Below, piece after piece: positions 13,701 through 26,500 of a stretch of 64,000 bases of DNA (position 1 is the first letter of the stretch; each line of letters starts with the position of its first letter). The stretch covers positions 23,888,871-23,952,870 of the forward strand of contig NC_092676.1 in assembly GCF_964355755.1 (NCBI RefSeq). The letters are read 5' to 3'. A program made the translations under genes and the position numbers. Source of the DNA: Antedon mediterranea. Taxonomy: Eukaryota > Animalia > Echinodermata. The notes under the pieces were generated by a model, which worked only from the letters and a program-made list of their open reading frames with translations, made no database searches and was not told where the DNA came from.

Positions 13701-14781
13701 TACTTTATCTTTAGACTTATGTTTTGATTTCTTGTGTTTACCCTTTTTGTGTTTATGTTTATGCCTGTGTTTCTTTTTCTTTTTATCACTACTCTTTGAT
13801 TGTTTTTCTTCTAGCTTTTCTTTCACTACCGTTTTATCTTGTTGAATTTCAACATCGCTTAAACTCGAAGCAGTTATTTCGCCTTCTTCGGGTACATCGC
13901 GCCACGGCAAAACCTGCTGGTTCTCCGTTGATTCCTCTTCTGAAGATGATCCCAAGTTGTCAACCTCTTCATCTGTTTTTGATTCGATCACCTGACTTGA
14001 AGTATGATCAGAAAGATCCTTACTAAATATTTTAATTTGTATTGGTTTTTTTTCTGAATTTTTTTCTTTTCCATTACTCTGCTTATTATTGGTTTCATCT
14101 TTGTCATCATCAGCCGGAATGACATTGTTTTTCTCACAGTGTTTCATTTTCCTCATACTCTCCTTCATTTCTTTAGCAATTCTGTTTTGAATAATGGCAC
14201 TAAACATAGACTTTTCCTTTCCATGTTGATTATTTGTGTCTTTTTTATCTTTTGACATGGAATGATCTTTTGTTTTTACAGTACTTGCACTGTAACCTTT
14301 TTCTTTATTGTCTGCAGTTTCATTCTGTGGATTTCTGTAAAGAAAAGTATCAACATCACAGTAACAATATTATAAATTTAAATGAGGAATTGTCAATAGT
14401 CAATACATTGTCATTACAATACAAATAATAATATTCATGTAAAAAAAAGTTATGCAGTATTTTAGGCCTATTATGCCTGTCAAAGGGTAGACTTATTTTA
14501 GTTAACAGACCTCTACTTTACCTTACTACTAGGCCTATCAATTGCTTTTGTTTTCTGGCTCCACTACCTAGACCTAACTTTATTTTTTTGCTGGCTGCTG
14601 TGTCTGGTTCTGGCCCTACACTTACTACAAATATAGCTTAAAAGAGCCTACACTAACTGCAAGTAGGCCTAGGCCTAGGTAGGCCTACTCTAGATAGTTA
14701 CTACCTTTGTTTTTCTTTTTCAATTGCCTGCATTTTTTGAAGTGCAAAATTCATCAGTGCATCTTGAACATTTGAGTCCAT
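7680..14781 (-). CDS. SON: Protein SON (RS domain, G-patch, dsRBD), ~1022 aa; exons 14781-14705, 14334-12629, 12250-12063, 11563-11171, 10990-10880, 10595-10473, 8666-8519, 8107-7920, 7814-7680
   Basis: Nine exons join in frame (3069 nt). Motifs IDKAKLLEIAKANA, FPVSSGSQHRKKE, PGQFTGSTGVQIL, G-patch MLQRMGWRQGEGLGKNKEG and dsRBD KHPVSALMEICNKRKW...NKKQAKAQAATVALQKMGL are diagnostic of SON. Confidence 0.96.
9265..9332. repeat. 19-bp minisatellite, 3-4 copies (GGGAACGTCCCGCATATC)
   Basis: Direct tandem copies in a SON intron; resembles a transposon subterminal repeat. Confidence 0.7.
12500..12610 (-). mobile_element. tRNA(Gly-TCC-like)-derived SINE head
   Basis: A box TAGCTTGGTGG, TTCCAA loop and B box GGTTCAATCC on the minus strand; acceptor stem does not pair. 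Confidence 0.65.
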
Positions 14782-15087
14782 TTTCTCTGTTCTTTAATTA
14801 GAGGAACATGCACAAAAGATGAGATTCTAGCCTATGATGCTAGACTGCATACTCGAACTACATTTACATTCGCACAAAAACCAAAGCGCCCTCAAAATTA
14901 ACTTTGAAGCATGTTTGTCACTCCACCAGCCAGAGAACGCTTGTGTCAAGCTAGCCAACAATAAGCCAGCCAACAATAAGCCAGCCCACTTTTATTTTTT
15001 CCAGCCAACAATAACTATGAAACGCCGTTTGTGCATTCTTTACATTTTCATTGTTACTTATGGCTTTTATGATATTAGGAATTAAAT

Positions 15088-18000
15088 ATTTGTGAGAAAA
15101 ACGGCGGATTGTTCCTGGGATTCACTTGGTGGGATTATACTAGGGTACCCCCTTAGTCGTCCAGTATAAGTTAGAGTGGGACCACTGGTCCCGTTTACTC
15201 AGCCCTCATCACTAAAATTTGAGTGTAACTCAATTACGATTTTTAAAATATAGTTAAATTTGAAACTGTATTTGTGAGAAAATGGCGGATTGTTCCTGGG
15301 AGTCACTTGGTGGGATTATACTAGGGTACCCCCTTAGTCGTCCAGTATAAGTTAGAGTGCGACCACTGGTCCTGTTTACTCAGCCCTCATCTTAAAAATT
15401 TGAGTGTAACTCAATTACAATTTTTAAAATATAGTTAAATTTGAAACTGTATTCGTGAGAAAATGGCGGATTGTTCCTGGGAGTCACTTGGTGGGATTAT
15501 ACTAGGGTACCTCCTTAGTCGTACAGTATAAGTTAGAGTGGGACCACTGGTACCGTTTACTCAGCCCTCACCTTTTAAATTTGAGTGTAACTCATTTACG
15601 ATTTAAAAAATATAGTGAAATTTGATACTGTATTTATGAGAAAATGGCGGATTGTTCCTGGGAGTCACTTGGTGGGATTATACTAGGGTACCTCCTTAGT
15701 TGTCCAGTATAAGTTAGAGTGGGACCACTGGTCCCGTTTACTCAGCCCTCATCTTTAAAATTTGAGTGTAACTCATTTACGATTTTTAAAATATAGTGAA
15801 ATTTGATACTGTATTTGTGAGAAAACAGCGGATTGTTCCTGAGAGTCACTTGGTAGGATTATACTAGGGTACCCCCTTAGTCGTCCAGTATAAGTTAGAG
15901 TGGGACCACTGGTCCCGTTTACTCAGCCCTCATCTTTTAAATTTGAGTGTAACTCATTTACGATTTTTAAAATATAGTGAAATTTGAAACTGTATTTGTG
16001 AGAAAACGGCGGATTGTTCCATAGAGTCACTTGGTGGGATTATACTAGGGTGCATCCTTAGTCGTCGAGTATAAGTTAGAGTGGGACCACTGGTCCCGTT
16101 TACTCAGTCCTCATCTTTTAAATTTGAGTGTAACTCATTTACGATTTTAAAAATATAGTGAAATTAGATACTGTATTTGTGAGAAAACGGCGGATTGTTC
16201 CTGGGAGTCACATGGTGGGATTATACTAAGGTACGTCCTTAGTCGTCCAGTATAAGTTAGAGTGCGACCACTGGTTCCGTTTACTCAGTCCTCATCTTTT
16301 AAATTTGAGTGTAACTCAATTACGGTAAAAAAATTTTAAAATATAGTGAAAATTGATACTGTATTTGTGAGAAAATGGCGGATTGTTCCTGGGAGTCACT
16401 TGGTGGGATTATACTAGGGTACCTCCTTAGTTGTCCAGTAGAAGTTAGAGTGGGACCACTGGTCCCGTTTACTCAGCCTTCATCTTTTAAATATGAATGT
16501 AACTCATTTACGATTTAAAAAATATAGTGAAATTAGATACTGTATTTGTGAGAAAACGGCGGATTGTTCCTGGGAGTCACATGGTGGGATTATACTAAGG
16601 TACGTCCTTAGCCGTCCAGTATAAGTTAGAGTGCGACCATTGGTTCCGTTTACTCAGCCCTCATCTTTTAAATTTGAGTGTAACTCAATTACGGTAAAAA
16701 ATTTTTAAAATATAGTGAAAATTGATACTGTATTTGTGAGAAAATGGCGGATTGTTCCTGGGAGTCACTTGGTGGGATTATACTAGGGTACCTCCTTAGT
16801 TGTCCAGTAGAAGTTAGAGTGGGACCACTGGTCCCGTTTACTCAGCCCTCATCTTTTAAATATGAATGTAACTCATTTACGATTTAAAAAATATAGTGAA
16901 ATTTGATACTGTATTTGTGAGAAAATGGCGGATTGTTCATGGGAGTCACTTGGTGGGATTATACTAGGGTACCTCCTTAGTTGTCCAGTATAAGTTAGAG
17001 TGGGACCACTGGTCCCGTTTACTCAGCCCTCATCTTTAAAATTTGAGTGTAACTCATTTACGATTTTTAAAATATAGTGAAATTTGATACTGTATTTGTG
17101 AGAAAACGGCGGATTGTTCCTGAGAGTCACTTGGTGGGATTATACTAGGGTACCCCCTTAGTCGTCCAGTATAAGTTAGAGTGGGACCACTGGTCCCGTT
17201 TACTCAGCCCTCATCTTTTAAATTTGAGTGTAACTCATTTACGATTTTTAAAATATAGTGAAATTTGATACTGTATTTGTGAGAAAACGGCGGATTGTTC
17301 CTGAGAGTCACTTGGTGGGATTGTACTAGGGTGCATCCTTAGTCGTCCAGTATAAGTTAGAGTGGGACCACTTGTCCTGTTTACTCAGCCCTCATCTTTT
17401 AAATTTGAGTGTAACTCATTTACGATTTTAAAAATATAGTGAAATTAGATACTGTATTTGTGAGAAAACGGCGGATTGTTCCTGGGAGTCACATGGTGGG
17501 ATTATACTAAGGTACGTCCTTAGTCGTCCAGTATAAGTTAGAGTGCGACCACTGGTTCCATTTACTCAGCCCTCATCTTTTAAATTTGAGTGTAACTCAA
17601 TTACGGTAAAAAAATTTAAAATATAGTGAAAATTGATACTGTATTTGTGAGAAAATGGCGGATTGTTCCTAGGAGTCACTTGGTGGGATTATACTAGGGT
17701 ACCTCCTTAGTTGTCCAGTAGAAGTTAGAGTGGGACCACTGGTCCCGTTTACTCAGCCCTCATCTTTTAAATATGAATGTAACTCATTTACGATTTAAAA
17801 AATATAGTGAAATTTGATACTGTATTTGTGAGAAAATGGCGGATTGTTCCTGGGAGTCACATGGTGGGATTATACTAAGGTAGGTCCTTAGTCGTCCAGT
17901 ATAAGTTAGAGTGCGACCACTGGTTCCGTTTACTCAGTCCTCATCTTTTAAATTTGAGTGTAACTCAATTACGGTAAAAAAATTTTAAAATATAGTGAAA

Positions 18001-20560
18001 ATTGATACTGTATTTGTGAGAAAATGGTGGATTGTTCCTGGGAGTCACTTGGTGGGATTATACTAGGGTACCTCCTTAGTTGTCCAGTAGAAGTTAGAGT
18101 GGGACCACTGGTCCCGTTTACTCAGCCTTCATCTTTTAAATATGAATGTAACTCATTTACGATTTAAAAAATATAGTGAAATTAGATACTGTATTTGTGA
18201 GAAAACGGCGGATTGTTCCTGGGAGTCACATGGTGGGATTATACTAAGGTACGTCCTTAGCCGTCCAGTATAAGTTAGAGTGCGACCACTGGTTCCGTTT
18301 ACTCAGCCCTCATCTTTTAAATTTGAGTGTAACTCAATTACGGTAAAAAAATTTTAAAATATAGTGAAAATTGATACTGTATTTGTGAGAAAATGGCGGA
18401 TTGTTCCTGGGAGTCACTTGGTGGGATTATACTAGGGTACCTCCTTAGTTGTCCAGTAGAAGTTAGAGTGGGACCACTGGTCCCGTTTACTCAGCCCTCA
18501 TCTTTTAAATATGAATGTAACTCATTTACGATTTAAAAAATATAGTGAAATTTGATACTGTATTTGTGAGAAAATGGCGGATTGTTCATGGGAGTCACTT
18601 GGTGGGATTATACTAGGGTGCATCCTTAGTCGTCGAGTATAAGTTAGAGTGGGACCACTGGTCCCGTTTACTCAGCCCTCATCTTTTAAATTTGAGTGTA
18701 ACTCATTTACGATTTTAAAAATATAGTGAAATTAGATACTGTATTTGTGAGAAAACGGCGGATTGTTCCTGGGAGTCACTTGGTGGGATTATACTAAGGT
18801 ACGTCCTTAGTCGTCCAGTATAAGTTAGAGTGCGACCACTGGTTCCGTTTACTCAGTCCTCATCTTTTAAATTTGAGTGTAACTCAATTACGGTAAAAAA
18901 ATTTTAAAATATAGTGAAAATTGATACTGTATTTGTGAGAAAATGGCGGATTGTTCCTGGGAGTCACTTGGTGGGATTATACTAGGGTACCTCCTTAGTT
19001 GTCCAGTAGAAGTTAGAGTGGGACCACTGGTCCCGTTTACTCAGCCTTCATCTTTTAAATATGAATGTAACTCATTTACGATTTAAAAAATATAGTGAAA
19101 TTAGATACTGTATTTGTGAGAAAACGGCGGATTGTTCCTGGGAGTCACATGGTGGGATTATACTAAGGTACGTCCTTAGCCGTCCAGTATAAGTTAGAGT
19201 GCGACCACTGGTTCCGTTTACTCAGCCCTCATCTTTTAAATTTGAGTGTAACTCAATTACGGTAAAAAAAATTTAAAATATAGTGAAAATTGATACTGTA
19301 TTTGTGAGAAAATGGCGGATTGTTCCTGGGAGTCACTTGGTGGGATTATACTAGGGTACCTCCTTAGTTGTCCAGTAGAAGTTAGAGTGGGACCACTGGT
19401 CCCGTTTACTCAGCCCTCATCTTTTAAATATGAATGTAACTCATTTACGATTTAAAAAATATAGTGAAATTTGATACTGTATTTGTGAGAAAATGGCGGA
19501 TTGTTCATGGGAGTCACTTGGTGGGATTATACTAGGGTACCTCCTTAGTTGTCCAGTATAAGTTAGAGTGGGACCACTGGTCCCGTTTACTCAGCCCTCA
19601 TCTTTAAAATTTGAGTGTAACTCATTTACGATTTTTAAAATATAGTGAAATTTGATACTGTATTTGTGAGAAAACGGCGGATTGTTCCTGAGAGTCACTT
19701 GGTGGGATTATACTAGGGTACCCCCTTAGTCGTCCAGTATAAGTTAGAGTGGGACCACTGGTCCCGTTTACTCAGCCCTCATCTTTTAAATTTGAGTGTA
19801 ACTCATTTACGATTTTTAAAATATAGTGAAATTTGATACTGTATTTGTGAGAAAACGGCGGATTGTTCCTGAGAGTCACTTGGTGGGATTATACTAGGGT
19901 GCATCCTTAGTCGTCCAGTATAAGTTAGAGTGGGACCACTTGTCCTGTTTACTCAGCCCTCATCTTTTAAATTTGAGTGTAACTCATTTACGATTTTAAA
20001 AATATAGTGAAATTAGATACTGTATTTGTGAGAAAACGGCGGATTGTTCCTGGGAGTCACATGGTGGGATTATACTAAGGTACGTCCTTAGTCGTCCAGT
20101 ATAAGTTAGAGTGCGACCACTGGTTCCATTTACTCAGCCCTCATCTTTTAAATTTGAGTGTAACTCAATTACGGTAAAAAAATTTAAAATATAGTGAAAA
20201 TTGATACTGTATTTGTGAGAAAATGGCGGATTGTTCCTAGGAGTCACTTGGTGGGATTATACTAGGGTACCTCCTTAGTTCTCCAGTAGAAGTTAGAGTT
20301 GGACCACTGGTCCCGTTTACTCAGCCCTCATCTTTAACGTTTGAGTGTAACTCAATTACGATTAATATTTTAAAATATAGTGAAATTTGATACTGTATTT
20401 GTGAGAAAATGGCGGATTGTTCCCGAGAGTCACTTGGTGGGATTATACTAGCGTACCTCCTTAGTTGTCCAGTTTAAGTTAGAGTGGGACCACTGGTCCC
20501 GTTTACTCAGCCCTTATCTTTAAAATTTGAGTGTAACTCAATTACGATTAATATTTTAAA
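15088..20560 (+). repeat. 181-bp satellite, left arm of foldback A (~30 copies)
   Basis: Tandem 181-187 bp units containing the palindromes GGGACCACTGGTCCC and AGGGTACC. Confidence 0.97.
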
Positions 20561-23500
20561 GATGAGGGCTGAGTAAACGGGACCAGTGGTCCCACTCTAA
20601 CTTATACAGGATGACTAAAGAGGTACTCTAGTATAATCCCACCAAGTGACTCTCAGGAACAATACGCCGTTTTCTCACAAATACAGTATCAAATTTCACT
20701 ATATTTTAAAAATCGTAAATGAGTTACACTCAAATTTTAAAGATGAGGGCTGAGTAAACGGGACCAGTGGTCCCACTCTAACTTATACTGGACGACTAAG
20801 GGTGTACCCTAGTATAATCCCACCAAGTGACTCTCAGGAACAATCCGCCGTTTTCTCACAAATACAGTTTCAAATTTCACTATATTTTAAAAATCGTAAA
20901 TGAGTTACACTCAAATTTTAAAGATGAGGGCTGAGTAAACGGGACCAGTGGTCCCACTCTAACTTATACTGGAAAACTAAGAGGGTACCTTAGTATAATC
21001 CCACCAAGTGACTCCCAGGAACAATCCGCCATTTTCTCACAAATACAGTATCAAATTTCACTATATTTTAAAAATTTTATCGTAATTGAGTTACACTCAA
21101 ATTTAAAAGATGAGGGCTTAGTAAACGGGACCAGTGGTCCCACTCTAACTTATACTGGACGACTAGGGAGGCACCGTAGTATAATCCCACCAAGTGACTC
21201 TCAGGAACAATCCGCCGTTTTCTCACAAATACAGTATCAAATTTCACTATATTTTAAAATATTAATCGTAATTGAGTTACACTCAAACGTTAAAGATGAG
21301 GGCTGAGTAAACCGGACCAGTGGTCCCACTCTAACTGATACTGGACGACTAAGGGGGTAACCTAGTATAATCCCACTAAGTGACTCCCAGGAACAATCCG
21401 CCATTTTCTCACAAATACAGTATCAAATTTCACTATATTTTAAAATATTAATCGTAATTGAGTTACACTCAAACGTTAAAGATGAGGGCTGAGTAAACGG
21501 GACCAGTGGTCCCACTCTAACTTATACTGGACAACTGAGGAGGTACCCTAGTATAATCCCACAAAGTGACTCCCAGGAACAATCCGCCATTTTCTCACAA
21601 ATACAGTATCAATTTTCACTATATTTTAAAATTTTTTATCGTAATTGAGTTACACTCAAATTTAAAAGATGAGGGCTGAGTAAACGAAACCAGTGGTCGC
21701 ACTCTAACTTATACTGGACAACTAAGGACGTACCTTAGTATAATCCCACCATGTGACTCCCAGGAACAATCCGCCGTTTTCTCACAAATACAGTATCTAA
21801 TTTCACTATATTTTTAAAATCGTAATTGAGTTACACTCAAATGTTAAAGATGAGGGCTGAGTAAACGGGACCAGTAGTCCCACTCTAACTTATACTGGAC
21901 AACTAAGGAGGTACCCTAGTATAATCCCACCAAGTGACTCTCAGGAAAAATCCGCCGTTTTCTCACAAATACAGTATCACATTTCACTATATTTTAAAGA
22001 TCATAAATGAGTTAAACTCAAATTTTAAAGATGAGGGCTGAGTAAACGGGACCAGTGGTCCCACTCTAATTTATACTGGACAACTAAGGAGGTACCCTAG
22101 TATAATCCCACCAAGTGACTCCCAGGAACAATCCGCCATTTTCTCACAAATACAGTATCAAATTTCACTATATTTTTTTAATCGTAAATGAGTTACACTC
22201 AAATTTAAAAGATGAGGGCTGAGTAAACAGTACCAGTGGTCCCACTCTAACTTATACTGTACGAGTAAGGAGGTACCCTAGTATAATCCCACCAAGTGAC
22301 TCTCAGGAACAATCCGCCGTTTTCTCACAAATACAGTTTCAAATTTCACTATATTTTAAAAATCGTAAATGAGTTACACTCAAATTTTAAAGATGAGGGC
22401 TGAGTAAACGGGACTAGTGGTCCCACTCTAACTTATACTGGACGACTAAGGGGGTACCCTAGTATAATCCCACCAAGTGACTCCCAGGAACAATCCGCCA
22501 TTTTTCACAAATACAGTATCAAATTTCACTATATTTTAAAAATCGTAAATGAGTTACACTCAAATTTTAAAGATGAGGGCTGAGTAAACCGGACCAGTGG
22601 TCCCACTCTAACTTATACTGGACGACTAAGGGGGTAACCTAGTATAATCCCACCAAGTGACTCCCAGGAACAATCCGCCATTTTTACACAAATACAGTAT
22701 CAAATTTCACTATATTTTAAAATATTAATCGTAATTGAGTTACACTCAAATGTTAAAGATGAGGGCTGAGTAAACGGGACCAGTGGTCCCACTCTAACTT
22801 ATACAGGATGACTAAAGAGGTACTCTAGTATAATCCCACCAAGTGACTCTCAGGAACAATACGCCGTTTTCTCACAAATACAGTATCAAATTTCACTATA
22901 TTTTAAAAATCGTAAATGAGTTACACTCAAATTTTAAAGATGAGGGCTGAGTAAACGGGACCAGTGGTCCCACTCTAACTTATACTGGACGACTAAGGGT
23001 GTACCCTAGTATAATCCCACCAAGTGACTCTCAGGAACAATCCGCCGTTTTCTCACAAATACAGTTTCAAATTTCACTATATTTTAAAAATCGTAAATGA
23101 GTTACACTCAAATTTTAAAGATGAGGGCTGAGTAAACGGGACCAGTAGTCCCACTCTAACTTATACTGGACAACTAAGAGGGTACCCTAGTATAATCCCA
23201 CCAAGTGACTCCCAGGAACAATCCGCCATTTTCTCACAAATACAGTATCAAATTTCACTATATTTTAAAAATTTTATCGTAATTGAGTTACACTCAAATT
23301 TAAAAGATGAGGGCTGAGTAAACGGGACCAGTGGTCGCACTCTAACTTATACTGGACGACTAAGGACGTACCTTAGTATAACCCCACCATGTGACTCCGA
23401 GGAACAATCCGCCGTTTTCTTACAAATACAGTATCAAATTTCACTATATTTTTAAAATCGTAAATGAGTTACACTCAAATTTAAAAGATGAGGGCTTAGT

Positions 23501-26500
23501 AAACGGGACCAGTGGTCCCACTCTAACTTATACTGGAAAACTAAGAGGGTACCTTAGTATAATCCCACCAAGTGACTCCCAGGAACAATCCGCCATTTTC
23601 TCACAAATACAGTATCAAATTTCACTATATTTTAAAAATTTTATCGTAATTGAGTTACACTCAAATTTAAAAGATGAGGGCTTAGTAAACGGGACCAGTG
23701 GTCCCACTCTAACTTATACTGGACGACTAGGGAGGCACCGTAGTATAATCCCACCAAGTGACTCTCAGGAACAATCCGCCGTTTTCTCACAAATACAGTA
23801 TCAAATTTCACTATATTTTAAAATATTAATCGTAATTGAGTTACACTCAAACGTTAAAGATGAGGGCTGAGTAAACCGGACCAGTGGTCCCACTCTAACT
23901 GATACTGGACGACTAAGGGGGTAACCTAGTATAATCCCACTAAGTGACTCCCAGGAACAATCCGCCATTTTCTCACAAATACAGTATCAAATTTCACTAT
24001 ATTTTAAAATATTAATCGTAATTGAGTTACACTCAAACGTTAAAGATGAGGGCTGAGTAAACGGGACCAGTGGTCCCACTCTAACTTATACTGGACAACT
24101 GAGGAGGTACCCTAGTATAATCCCACAAAGTGACTCCCAGGAACAATCCGCCATTTTCTCACAAATACAGTATCAATTTTCACTATATTTTAAAATTTTT
24201 TATCGTAATTGAGTTACACTCAAATTTAAAAGATGAGGGCTGAGTAAACGAAACCAGTGGTCGCACTCTAACTTATACTGGACAACTAAGGACGTACCTT
24301 AGTATAATCCCACCATGTGACTCCCAGGAACAATCCGCCGTTTTCTCACAAATACAGTATCTAATTTCACTATATTTTTAAAATCGTAATTGAGTTACAC
24401 TCAAATGTTAAAGATGAGGGCTGAGTAAACGGGACCAGTAGTCCCACTCTAACTTATACTGGACAACTAAGGAGGTACCCTAGTATAATCCCACCAAGTG
24501 ACTCTCAGGAAAAATCCGCCGTTTTCTCACAAATACAGTATCACATTTCACTATATTTTAAAGATCATAAATGAGTTAAACTCAAATTTTAAAGATGAGG
24601 GCTGAGTAAACGGGACCAGTGGTCCCACTCTAATTTATACTGGACAACTAAGGAGGTACCCTAGTATAATCCCACCAAGTGACTCCCAGGAACAATCCGC
24701 CATTTTCTCACAAATACAGTATCAAATTTCACTATATTTTTTTAATCGTAAATGAGTTACACTCAAATTTAAAAGATGAGGGCTGAGTAAACAGTACCAG
24801 TGGTCCCACTCTAACTTATACTGTACGAGTAAGGAGGTACCCTAGTATAATCCCACCAAGTGACTCTCAGGAACAATCCGCCGTTTTCTCACAAATACAG
24901 TTTCAAATTTCACTATATTTTAAAAATCGTAAATGAGTTACACTCAAATTTTAAAGATGAGGGCTGAGTAAACGGGACTAGTGGTCCCACTCTAACTTAT
25001 ACTGGACGACTAAGGGGGTACCCTAGTATAATCCCACCAAGTGACTCCCAGGAACAATCCGCCATTTTTCACAAATACAGTATCAAATTTCACTATATTT
25101 TAAAAATCGTAAATGAGTTACACTCAAATTTTAAAGATGAGGGCTGAGTAAACCGGACCAGTGGTCCCACTCTAACTTATACTGGACGACTAAGGGGGTA
25201 ACCTAGTATAATCCCACCAAGTGACTCCCAGGAACAATCCGCCATTTTTACACAAATACAGTATCAAATTTCACTATATTTTAAAATATTAATCGTAATT
25301 GAGTTACACTCAAATGTTAAAGATGAGGGCTGAGTAAACGGGACCAGTGGTCCCACTCTAACTTATACAGGATGACTAAAGAGGTACTCTAGTATAATCC
25401 CACCAAGTGACTCTCAGGAACAATACGCCGTTTTCTCACAAATACAGTATCAAATTTCACTATATTTTAAAAATCGTAAATGAGTTACACTCAAATTTTA
25501 AAGATGAGGGCTGAGTAAACGGGACCAGTGGTCCCACTCTAACTTATACTGGACGACTAAGGGTGTACCCTAGTATAATCCCACCAAGTGACTCTCAGGA
25601 ACAATCCGCCGTTTTCTCACAAATACAGTTTCAAATTTCACTATATTTTAAAAATCGTAAATGAGTTACACTCAAATTTTAAAGATGAGGGCTGAGTAAA
25701 CGGGACCAGTAGTCCCACTCTAACTTATACTGGACAACTAAGAGGGTACCCTAGTATAATCCCACCAAGTGACTCCCAGGAACAATCCGCCATTTTCTCA
25801 CAAATACAGTATCAAATTTCACTATATTTTAAAAATTTTATCGTAATTGAGTTACACTCAAATTTAAAAGATGAGGGCTGAGTAAACGGGACCAGTGGTC
25901 GCACTCTAACTTATACTGGACGACTAAGGACGTACCTTAGTATAACCCCACCATGTGACTCCGAGGAACAATCCGCCGTTTTCTTACAAATACAGTATCA
26001 AATTTCACTATATTTTTAAAATCGTAAATGAGTTACACTCAAATTTAAAAGATGAGGGCTTAGTAAACGGGACCAGTGGTCCCACTCTAACTTATACTGG
26101 ACGACTAGGGAGGCACCGTAGTATAATCCCACCAAGTGACTCTCAGGAACAATCCGCCGTTTTCTCACAAATACAGTATCAAATTTCACTATATTTTAAA
26201 ATATTAATCGTAATTGAGTTACACTCAAACGTTAAAGATGAGGGCTGAGTAAACCGGACCAGTGGTCCCACTCTAACTGATACTGGACGACTAAGGGGGT
26301 AACCTAGTATAATCCCACTAAGTGACTCCCAGGAACAATCCGCCATTTTCTCACAAATACAGTATCAAATTTCACTATATTTTAAAATATTAATCGTAAT
26401 TGAGTTACACTCAAACGTTAAAGATGAGGGCTGAGTAAACGGGACCAGTGGTCCAACTCTAACTTATACTGGACAACTGAGGAGGTACCCTAGTATAATC

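Noticed and set aside
12551-14026. Several plus-strand ORFs over SON exon 2
   Set aside because: Antisense shadows of Lys/Glu/Ser/Arg-rich coding sequence.
23391-26248. ORFs of 159 and 97 aa within the 181-bp satellite
   Set aside because: Chance open frames across variant monomers; the unit length is usually not a multiple of 3 and most units contain stops.
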